Source of the DNA: Octopus bimaculoides
Taxonomy: Eukaryota
Assembly: GCF_001194135.2 (NCBI RefSeq)
Contig: NC_068983.1
Coordinates: 134,246,462 to 134,310,461, forward strand
DNA length: 64,000 nucleotides
Direction of reading: 5' to 3'
Shown: positions 54,110 to 64,000 of the stretch, piece by piece
Layout: each line of letters opens with the position of its first letter
How positions within the stretch are numbered: the first letter of the stretch is position 1
Position numbers and translations under genes: made by a program
The notes under the pieces: model-generated
Seen by the model: only the letters and a program-made list of their open reading frames with translations
The model's database searches: none
Told to the model about the DNA's origin: nothing

Positions 54110-54980
54110 TGTCATGCGTAATTCTAAATATTTTAGGTATTTTGCTAAAGGCTTTAATAATATTAATGATGGTTATCTTCGGTTTATTTTACCATTTGAT
54201 AAAAATGTTAAGTCGAATTTGGTAGCTCAGTTTAGGGAGGTAATTAGTAAGCATTTCCCTGCAAATTCGCGTTACGGTAAAATTATTAATACGCATAGTG
54301 TTAGGTTTGGTTTTTCCAATACTAAGAACCTATAGCAGATTATTGCAGCACATAATTCTAAAGTTCTTAAGACAGGCATGAATGGAATGAATAGGGATGA
54401 GGACCCTCACTTAGTTAATAATATTATAGGTGCTAAAATTGAGGTAACCAGGAGGTTAAAGTTTGAGGGTCCGAACGTGAGATTAAGGAATATAGTGTAT
54501 CAGTGTAAGGTTAAGAGTGATACAGATGTTAGTGTTCATGTGGGTTGTTCTTCGGATAAGATTTGTAGGAGAATTTCTTGTCACTTTAATACGTTTAGAG
54601 ATAGGAGTAAAATAGCTAGTACTAGTCTTNNNNNNNNNNNNNNNNNNNNNNNNNNNNNNNNNNNNNNNNNNNNNNNNNNNNNNNNNNNNNNNNNNNNNNN
54701 NNNNNNNNNNNNNNNNNNNNNNNNNNNNNNNNNNNNNNNNNNNNNNNNNNNNNNNNNNNNNNNNNNNNNNNNNNNNNAAGAACAAAATAAGAACTTTTCG
54801 TTAGAATGGTCTATTATAGGGAGAGATTTCCTATACGATAAGGGTAGGAGGTATTGCAACTTGTGCAATCTTGAGTTGTTTTTTATTCTATTTTCTAAGC
54901 ATAAACTAATTAATAAACTAACATATAATGGGTTCAGATGTGTTCACGTTCGCAAACATACTTATTTTTGGTTTAGATAA
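54110..54980 (+). mobile_element. Penelope-like element 3' remnant of a second clade (GIY-YIG with a C-terminal Cys/His tail, possibly Naiad-like)
   Basis: PFDKNVKSNL..F..VISKHFP, IIAAHNSKVL, NIVYQCKV...VHVG, LEWSII, CNLCNLE...LINK....CVH resemble the invertebrate PLE pattern PPxSKNVxTN/KHFP...IY...YIG...W.I...CNLC.EK...CRH. One in-frame stop; N gap at 54630-54777. Clade assignment is tentative. Confidence 0.75.
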
Positions 54981-55254
54981 TTTCATTGTTTATTTCTCCT
55001 ATAGCAGAACTTTGTTATGATCGGGTATTAAGGTCTGGGTTTTAGTATTTTTAGTTCTGCTATTGCTCTATTTACTTATTCGTACATCTGTTCATATACA
55101 TGTGCAAGTGTATATACATATGCATAGGTATACGTGGGAAAATGTGTGTATATATGTGTATGTATGTATGTATGTGTGTGTATATATGTATATGGGTATG
55201 TGTATGTATATGTATGTGTGTATGTATGTATATGTGTGTATGTACTTATATGTA

Positions 55255-55287
<33 letters not shown>

Positions 55288-55692
55288 NNNNNNNNNNNNN
55301 NNNNNNNNNNNNNNNNNNNNNNNNNNNNNNNNNNNNNNNNNNNNNNNNNNNNNNNNNNNNNNNNNNNNNNNNNNNNNNNNNNNNNNNNNNNNNNNNNNNN
55401 NNNNNNNNNNNNNNNNNNNNNNNNNNNNNNNNNNNNNNNNNNNNNNNNNNNNNNNNNNNNNNNNNNNNNNNNNNNNNNNNNNNNNNNNNNNNNNNNNNNN
55501 NNNNNNNNNNNNNNNNNNNNNNNNNNNNNNNNNNNNNNNNNNNNNNNNNNNNNNNNNNNNNNNNNNNNNNNNNNNNNNNNNNNNNNNNNNNNNNNNNNNN
55601 NNNNNNNNNNNNNNNNNNNNNNNNNNNNNNNNNNNNNNNNNNNNNNNNNNNNNNNNNNNNNNNNNNNNNNNNNNNNNNNNNNNNNNNNNNNN

Positions 55693-55728
<36 letters not shown>

Positions 55729-56115
55729 ACATAAATAATATATAAATATATCCATACATATATGTACATACCAACATCTATATGTATACATACATGCATA
55801 TATGGGTACAGGACATCACAAAAAACGTTAAACACATTGAGAAACAAAAACATAAAGTGTAATGTCCATTCAATGTGATAAAATTCTTATTTGCCTCTTT
55901 TCTTTCACTCATATATTTAAGGTATTGACATGAAATCTTTACAACATTATTGCGTTATTTATTCAAGGCCAATAGTAAAATAAAACAACAATCGTCTGAT
56001 ATTGTCAATAATGATAATAACAACAACAGTAACAACAACAACAACAATAATCTTACGATTCAATACAATTCAATAACTGAATTTAATTTGTTTTATTTAC
56101 ATCTGTGTTTTACAG

Positions 56116-56309
56116 GCATTCAAAGAAGCCCAATCAGCGTTGGCCCCTGCCTATGGAGGTGCTACAACAGGAGCGGCTGGGGCTGAGATTATTTCAGAGC
56201 AAAAACCCAAATACCTTAAGAGACGCCGATCACAAAGTACCGTGAACATAAAAGGACAAATCGCTGGGACTGAAAAATTACATGGATCAAGTGTCGTTAT
56301 ACCAAAATT
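56116..56309 (+). CDS. grh: Probable coding exon upstream of the Grainyhead DNA-binding domain (AFKEAQSALAPAYGGATTGAAGAEIISEQKPKYLKRRRSQSTVNIKGQIAGTEKLHGSSVVIPK)
   Basis: Acceptor tgtgttttacAG at 56114-56115, donor GTaagt at 56310, 194 nt open in frame 0 (ends in phase 2), non-repetitive and coding-like. Assignment to grh rests only on position and strand relative to the downstream exons. Confidence 0.6.
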
Positions 56310-56699
56310 GTAAGTAGATTTTTGAGAATATTGATTTTATATTTTGGCTATTTTTATGGCTAAGATACAAAAATCTAGAAACCCCCACCCTGAGATAGGC
56401 TGACAGTTAGTATCCTGCCCTGTCATCAGCAATGTGCTGTATCCTTGACAATGACCTAGTTTATAACCATGACAGAAGAGCCCTTCTGTAATTAAGATAT
56501 TTCATTAGCTTGTGGTACTCGATTCAAGGTTATCAATATAGCATGATAAAAATACATATGCTCTTTCTTGAGTTTCGGTTGCAGGCACACCTAGAATTTG
56601 TTTACCATTTTAAAGTGATTCTTTGTGAATATAGTAGGAATAGATATGATTTAGATTAACGAGGAATTGCTACTGATTGTAGTCATGTAATATACATAG

Positions 56700-56745
<46 letters not shown>

Positions 56746-56892
56746 ACTTACATACACATGTACACATGCACACACATGCACGCACACATGCACGCACACA
56801 TGCACCCAACACACACACATATCCATTCATCCATCCATACATACATACATGCATACATACATACATACATACAATTTATGTATGTATACATG

Positions 56893-56989
56893 CTGATGTT
56901 GAAATTTCAATGGAGTCTTGGATCTAGGTTAGAAACCGGCTCTTTCCCTATTGGCAAGAAATCTTGAAACAAAAGCGAATAATGACATA
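56893..56989 (-). repeat. Unclassified (TATG)n-carrying repeat, copy 3 (first module only)
   Basis: ttggatctaggttagaaaccggctctttccctattggcaagaaatcttgaaa is the reverse complement of module 1, embedded in (CATA)n. Confidence 0.75.
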
Positions 56990-57608
56990 TGTACATACAT
57001 ACTTACATACATGCATACATAATACATACATACATACATACATACATACATACATGCATATATACATACTTGCATACATAATTATCTGCTTCCCATATCA
57101 GAATTGCGTTCTCGGGTTTGTAACCACAACGTTGAAATAATCCACACTTATGAAGTGTTCAAGCAAAAAGATATGAATATCAGTTTGCCGCGAGAAAATA
57201 TTCATATTTATCATTTTCTACTTTACAATATCGATATTTTCGGCCACTAGCCTCTTCGATTTTCAGTTATTATTTATAGCCGATTACCTATAAACTATCT
57301 CTAGTTGGTATCATCAAGGTGTGTCTAGATATGCAACTTTTTCTGTTATCTACAACAATGTGTGGAGTCACATCTACAAATATGACCGAACGAAGGAGTC
57401 ATTGAGTAATCACTCTACCCGCTAGAAATAGCAGCCAAATCTCCTTCGGTTACCCTCCACCATCGCCAAATGGGAAAGATGTGTAGGGTAATATGGCCCT
57501 AGGTGCATTGTCTGAAAAATATGATACTATCTGAAATGACAGCGTTCAACAATCATATAGATAACTGCAACGTCTTTAATTTCTCTATCTGTAATCTATA
57601 TAGAAATG

Positions 57609-57765
57609 ACAATGTGGTTAAAAAGATTCCTTCGCAATCGCGTGGTTCCTCGTTTCGATCTCACTACATTATATATTGAACAAATGTATTCTGTCACAGC
57701 ATCGAGTGAACCCAAGACCTATTAGTCAGATTTGATGAATGGAAACTGTGTGAAAACCCCATCGA
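57609..57765 (+). mobile_element. SINE family 2, diverged, intronic
   Basis: atgtggttaaaaagattccttcgcaatcgcgtggttcc...gatttgatgaatggaaactgtgtgaaaaccc. Confidence 0.55.
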
Positions 57766-58107
57766 GTCGACAGCACCCGTTCTTGACTTAATCTATCAGC
57801 CATCAGACTCCTAAGTGACTTTAGTGGTGACCATACATGCGTTCTTCACAGGCCGGAGACCTGGTCTCCAGTCTGAGAATAACCCATGCTTGGTTTCTTC
57901 ATCATTTTCCTTCATCGGTCTTGAGGATCATGCAGAATATCTCGACACTGTCCTTCTTCTTCTTACACAGCCATATTAAAGTCAAAACCTAGACAAGGAC
58001 CATTAGCTTTCCTGATGACGTAATCCTTCACCTAATACACAGACCCTTCATTTTTTAAATACCACGCACATAGATATTGTCAGACTCTTTACCGCCCCCA
58101 CCACCAT

Positions 58108-58147
<40 letters not shown>

Positions 58148-58628
58148 NNNNNNNNNNNNNNNNNNNNNNNNNNNNNNNNNNNNNNNNNNNNNNNNNNNNN
58201 NNNNNNNNNNNNNNNNNNNNNNNNNNNNNNNNNNNNNNNNNNNNNNNNNNNNNNNNNNNNNNNNNNNNNNNNNNNNNNNNNNNNNNNNNNNNNNNNNNNN
58301 NNNNNNNNNNNNNNNNNNNNNNNNNNNNNNNNNNNNNNNNNNNNNNNNNNNNNNNNNNNNNNNNNNNNNNNNNNNNNNNNNNNNNNNNNNNNNNNNNNNN
58401 NNNNNNNNNNNNNNNNNNNNNNNNNNNNNNNNNNNNNNNNNNNNNNNNNNNNNNNNNNNNNNNNNNNNNNNNNNNNNNNNNNNNNNNNNNNNNNNNNNNN
58501 NNNNNNNNNNNNNNNNNNNNNNNNNNNNNNNNNNNNNNNNNNNNNNNNNNNNNNNNNNNNNNNNNNNNNNNNNNNNNNNNNNNNNNNNNNNNNNNNNNNN
58601 NNNNNNNNNNNNNNNNNNNNNNNNNNNN

Positions 58629-58703
<75 letters not shown>

Positions 58704-58711
58704 AAATGCAT

Positions 58712-58747
<36 letters not shown>

Positions 58748-58810
58748 ACACACCCACACACACCCACACACACACATAAATGTTTGAGGGTGTACGAAGA
58801 CCCTACTATT

Positions 58811-59009
58811 ACTATAGGCACAAGGTCTGAAATTTGGGGAGAGGAGATAGTTGATTAGATCGACCCAAGTGCTCAACTGGTACTTACTTCATCAACTGCG
58901 AAAGGATGAAAGGTAAGTTTGACCTCGGCGACATTTGAACTCAGAACGTAAAGCCAGAAAAAAATTCATTTTGCCCGGGTCGGTAACGATTCTGCCAGCT
59001 CACCGCCTT
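58811..59009 (-). mobile_element. SINE family 1 in a grh intron
   Basis: Reverse complement of tail, core and head (ttctgccagctcaccgcctt). Confidence 0.85.
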
Positions 59010-59918
59010 TACAAATACGAAGTATAACGATGAAAATAAAGTTGTACAGTGTTACTAAACTCTTCGTTCCTGATACTGCACTCGCTTGCTGGTACTGATG
59101 TTGCTTGCATCGATGCTGGAGTTAGATGAACGATATCGTGAGGGTGGATATGACTTGCTACCAGAGTTCAAGAAGCAGCGATTGGGAATGACTTAAAGGG
59201 CTGTATAACATAGATATCGGTGGTATTTATTCTTATTTGGCTTGCCTCTTGTATCCTACTCTCAACTTCCTTGAAAAAATATCCATCAAAAAACTGTCTG
59301 CTGAGATAATTTTTTCTTTTCTCCATAAATTTTCTTGTAACAACCAATAGCTTTATTCCGAGTCGCCTCATCAGTATTATATAGAACCTGGAGCAAATAA
59401 ATACACTGAGCTCTATAATATATATTTATAGACAGCAACAACATACATGGATCAGAATTGGGTCCGTACGCCCGTGATGCTCCTGGTTAATTACCCAATA
59501 TACCTATGTTTATATATCAAAGAAGTACAACTTAGGAAGCCTTTCCATTCATTTTTATGTTGTCCAAGTTTGAGTAAGCCATAAATCTGTGGATTCAAGC
59601 ATGGCTAGCTATATGTCCTAACAACGAGTTAACAATAGAGCATCAATATGATGGTGAAGTTTGACTTGCAAAAAGTAGCAGCCAACTCTCCCTAAACTCA
59701 CATCATTATTGTCTTAAAAGGGGGAATGTAGTAGCCTCTGGTTTACAACAGGAAGTCTTTTGTTCATAGCTCTACTCAATCATGACTGATCTGGGTTAAA
59801 CAAGTTGCTAATAACAATCAATAGATGATTGACTAAAAAACTTCCAGATTGAAAGAATCTTCAGATGTTAATTTATTCTAACTTGTCATTTAATGTTTTC
59901 CTCCATATAATTTCACAG

Positions 59919-59986
59919 GTCAATATTACACATTACTAATGGAGAACACAAAGAAAGAAAAACATATTAAGAACATCACTGTTACG
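59919..59986 (+). CDS. grh: Grainyhead-like exon (G)QYYTLLMENTKKEKHIKNITVT
   Basis: Acceptor tttcacAG, donor GTaaga; 68 nt, phase 1 start and phase 0 end; only one frame is open; matches the Grh 'KGQFYxITL...TV' segment and splices in frame to the 61705 exon. Confidence 0.85.
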
Positions 59987-61704
59987 GTAAGAATGTCTGT
60001 TTTACTTAAATACTTCGATAAATAGCTTAACAAGTTGGTATGCTACCGTTAATAGTAATGATCCTTAACTGAAACTTTGAAATGAACCAGTCTATCTAAC
60101 TATAAGTACATAGAAAATACAGTTCAATACTGTATTCATCGAGGATGCTGTGCTTTGTTATATTTTCAGTATAGATTAAATCTTTCCATGGACTTGGAGG
60201 AAAGAACGAGGATTCAATCCATAGTAATGTAAAAATGTTGACTATAGTGCATATCTGTATGAGTAATATCATCACAGAGATACTAGAATTTCAGGTTGTC
60301 TTTACTTTCGTTCAGTTTCATCTGCCTTCTAAATCGTATAAATCTATCTCTTTTACATGTCCTTTTTACCCTTTCACTTCTGACTTTTGAGTTCATATTT
60401 CTTTGTTTTTCTTATATCCTTATCTCGATAGGCAAAAAAAAAACGTAAATTTCATGAAAATTAATGAAAAGCTTCATTAAAATCATCGTTTAATCATTGT
60501 ATTACATTGCATTTTCATGTGCACTGCACTAGAATAATTAGCAATTAGTAGTTTTTACCTGTAGATAGGGTAGATCAAACACACAATGGACAACCTTTGG
60601 TAATATAAACATTACATTATAATCCGATGATAGAGTTAATCAGTTGCCCGATTTAACCTGGCCCTTAAATGTTTCTAGCGAAACGCACTCCTTTATGAAG
60701 ATACTTTCCTCGCACCACACCTGAAGTCTCTGAAAAGAAAATGTCAAGGGATCTACATTTCCTCCTCTGACTAAATCTTGTGGGGGAAAAAATATGTTTA
60801 TAATCTCAAAAAACAACTTGAAACTAAAACCAGTTATTCGGATCAATTGTAAATTCAACCAAATCATCCTCATCCTTTTTTAAAGAAACTTTGCTACTTA
60901 CAAATTGTATTTAAGTTTTTCATATCTAACACAGATTGAAATCTTGAATCTCACCTTAGAATTAAGAGTTTTTCTTCAAAGACAAGTTTAAGGACTTGTA
61001 ATTCCTTGTATCAAATTTCCACTAAGTTTTCTCATCATCATTTTAGTCGCTGTGGCTATGGTCAAAAGACAAGATTCGCTGGCTTAGTAGGCTTTGTGTT
61101 ATGAAAAGCACGAAATTCCCAGCATTACTGAATCAATTATATTTCCATAGATTGCTACATTGAGCTCAAAATTTCTCGTAGTCAGAAGAGATGAGGTACA
61201 CCTATCGCACCTCTAAGTAACTAGAATTGACTACCCATTGAAATATGCAAGATGTTGAAACTAAAGAGGATTATATACAACCAAAACTGAGAATCTATTA
61301 ATTGTTTTGAAACCAAGTGTCACATTTTTAAACAGTTTTAAAGAATAGGAATTAATTTGTATCCTAAATATGTATTGACTTGAAATGTTTTCAAAATACA
61401 GCGAATGCCGTAGTTTTTTGTTGAATAATAAGATAGGATTCTAATAAATCTGGATGCAGGTTTTCTTCTTGGATGTAGTCCATTTACAGATGTAGTAAAT
61501 ACCCTTGAGAATTATATATAAATTCTTTAATCTAATTCCTATTCACATTACTTGTGTGTCTATATAAAGATATCTTTGAATGCAATTTAATGTTTGAAAG
61601 ATGCATTTTCATTTTGGACGACATAACGTTCTCAGTGAAAATTGAGGAAGCTAATTCTAAACTAATTATGAAATAACTTCACGTATTTTTTTTTCTGTTC
61701 GTAG

Positions 61705-61816
61705 ACGTTGATATTGGTCAACTTTCGGGAACCGATGTCACTTGAAAAGAATTTGATTGCTTGGGAGCTTTGGAGTGATCGACAGCACAGCACCAAAACA
61801 CGCATTCTTGATATAG
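61705..61816 (+). CDS. grh: Grainyhead-like exon TLILVNFREPMSLEKNLIAWELWSDRQHSTKTRILDI
   Basis: Polypyrimidine tract plus ttcgtAG acceptor, donor GTcagt; 112 nt (phase 0 to 1); matches the Grh motif 'FRE...WxxWxxRQHSxKxRILD'. Confidence 0.92.
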
Positions 61817-62614
61817 GTCAGTACTTCTTAATTCTCCATATAAAGTTATATATTTTTCATACTTTTTCTCTCTTTTCTTATCATCTTCTTCATTTGTGGC
61901 GGAATGCTTCTGAGAAACATTTTCCAAGAAACTATCGTTCTAATGTTAGTAAACAATAATGGTTATTCGTCGTTATATCTTTCAATTTCGGTAGAATTTT
62001 ACCGACAATTTTAAGAATTCTCAGCTGATTGAATATGCTACACTGATATAATCTATGATATGCAGATATCTGAGTAAATAGAAATGTATTTCGAAACAGC
62101 TACCAAAAAAGTATACATAGTTTTTCTCATTAACATGAGATAAAAAATTAGAAGAAAATAGTTGGGTTTATATGGAATATTATCAGGAATAATGCTCGTA
62201 ACACATGTATAAGGAATCACAGAATGGATGTTTTACAATATTTGTTTAAAGAATACCAGTAAATAACATTGTGGCAGATTGTGTCATTAAGACAAACTAA
62301 CACTAATCTAGAGTAATATTTCTTGTGAAAGGATGGTATGAAGTACAATGTTAGGCCGTAGCGTTTCGCTTAAGTCGCTAACGTTCTTGGAAAAGGTATG
62401 AATGTCACGACTTCAACTTTTCCCCTCTATAGTTTGTATGCTTCATGTCAATAAGAGATCATTTATGTAAATATCTATCTTTCATAAAAGAAAAAGGTGA
62501 CGTAACATAGATGATGTATATAATTTTAGATATGTTTCATCCAAAGACTGGCCCAGGCCAAGTATATGTTTGTATTTCTTTCTAATTGTTTTTTTTTTAA
62601 TTCTAAATTTCTAG

Positions 62615-62712
62615 ACACTAAAAACGGCCAAGGAATCCTGTCAAATTCCATTGAAGAGTTGTCACACAATGCTGTATCTGTCAAATGGAAGCCAAGTGAA
62701 ACCCCATCACTG
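62615..62712 (+). CDS. grh: Grainyhead-like exon (D)TKNGQGILSNSIEELSHNAVSVKWKPSETPSL
   Basis: Acceptor tttctAG, donor GTaagt; 98 nt (phase 1 to 0); matches Grh 'DTKNS.G....IEE.SHNA..V.W.P'. Confidence 0.92.
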
Positions 62713-63429
62713 GTAAGTCTTTTGGAGAATTTGATATGAAAGAATGAGGAGCCCATGTGTAAATTCAATAAACTAATTTCCAGGTCTGACAAGTAGCCTC
62801 TAATCGTCAATCAGTGTAAGAAAAAAAAAAAAGACGGATCAGATTTGTTGAAACTTATAATTTTTGCATGAGTTAAATTATTAGAAATAAAGGTGTTCTC
62901 AGTCATATTCCATCTCTAAATTCCTCTAGTTATCTTGAGTCTTGTAAGAAATATTTCCCTGGTAACAGACTGACAAGCAACGTTCTTTCAAACTGAACAG
63001 AAAACTGGATATTGTGTGCATCTCTTCATGCTCTATTAAATATTAAAATTTCCATGTTTAATCAAATAAAAAGTCTGACTCACGAATGATATACTTCATG
63101 ATCGCAACAAAGGCATGCTGTGAAGAGTGGTGAGGCTTGGTTTGAACATTATAATAGAGTAAATATAAACATTTTTAAAAGCTAGATATTATCGCTCATT
63201 CTCATAAAAATGCATATTTTTTTGAAAAGCAAAGACAACGTAGAAAAGCTAGAAATTGTGTATAAGTAACACACCCTTAACTATACATAATATATTTTAT
63301 GTAACACTGCATTTATTATGCTAATTCTCTGGGGTGTGCCCTGATATACTCTCTTGCTTAAATGATATACTAAGATTTTAATATTGCACTTGCTACAGCT
63401 TAACACTCCATCTTTCTCTCTCTCTTTCT

Positions 63430-63492
<63 letters not shown>

Positions 63493-63800
63493 TTCAGTTT
63501 CGATCTATCTATTTATCAATATCTCTGTCTAGCTATCCGGATCTAGCTTTTTCTCTACCTAACTAGCTAGCAATTTCTGACTCTCTACGGGTCTTTGTCA
63601 CTTTATCGCTCTCTCTTCCCTACACTGAATGCGGCTCTATATATTATATATGGGCTATACGCTGTACATATAGCCAAAAATCTATTTTTAACAATACTTT
63701 GCGGCTGCAACAGTAGTTTATATTTACTAGAAACTGTTTAACCCAAATATCTGAAATTGAAAGGAAACTTAAATGTGTCATTTTAAATTTATGTTTTCAG

Positions 63801-63857
63801 GTGAATATTGCAATTAATTGCCTAAGTACAGACTTCAGCAACCAGAAGGGCGTTAAG
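63801..63857 (+). CDS. grh: Grainyhead-like exon VNIAINCLSTDFSNQKGVK
   Basis: Acceptor atgttttcAG, donor GTaagt; 57 nt, phase 0/0; contains the Grh-subfamily signature CLSTDFSxQKGVK. The gene continues beyond the window. Confidence 0.95.
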
Positions 63858-64000
63858 GTAAGTAATCAGCAGCAGGCAGTCACCATTTTGTGTAAAAAAA
63901 AAAAAATGATACACATTTCTTCTAAATGACATTTTTATAAGTAAAGATGATGCACAACTGTACGATAAAGGCGCTTTGTGGTAGTGTGTGTGTGTGTGTG

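Noticed and set aside
59352-59375. Minus-strand CUGAUGA-GGCGACUC-GGAA
   Set aside because: GGAA instead of GAAA, a 2-bp stem II, and no stems I or III.

Overview
AT-rich, microsatellite-saturated animal genomic DNA with many N gaps. The repeat families look like those of an Octopus-type coleoid cephalopod (inference from recognised SINE families, not a database result). No prokaryotic features. The only host gene I can support is a divergent Grainyhead-family transcription factor on the + strand: five GT-AG exons between 56116 and 63857, continuing past the window, with one expected exon missing and possibly hidden in a gap. The rest is mostly retroelement debris: several tRNA-derived SINE families (some with TSDs), two Penelope-like element (PLE) remnants with RT and/or GIY-YIG motifs, RTE and CR1/L2 LINE fragments, and a decayed Tc1/mariner. 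The most striking object is a ~640-bp non-coding element inserted in a (TA)n tract at 36055-36696. It is built almost entirely from three interleaved inverted-repeat pairs (A-B-C-A'-C'-ribozyme-B') and carries a type I hammerhead ribozyme with a palindromic, dimer-type stem III. Two further hammerhead-like motifs occur at 8957-9001 and 34644-34680 (both minus strand). All folds and alignments were done by eye and need computational confirmation.
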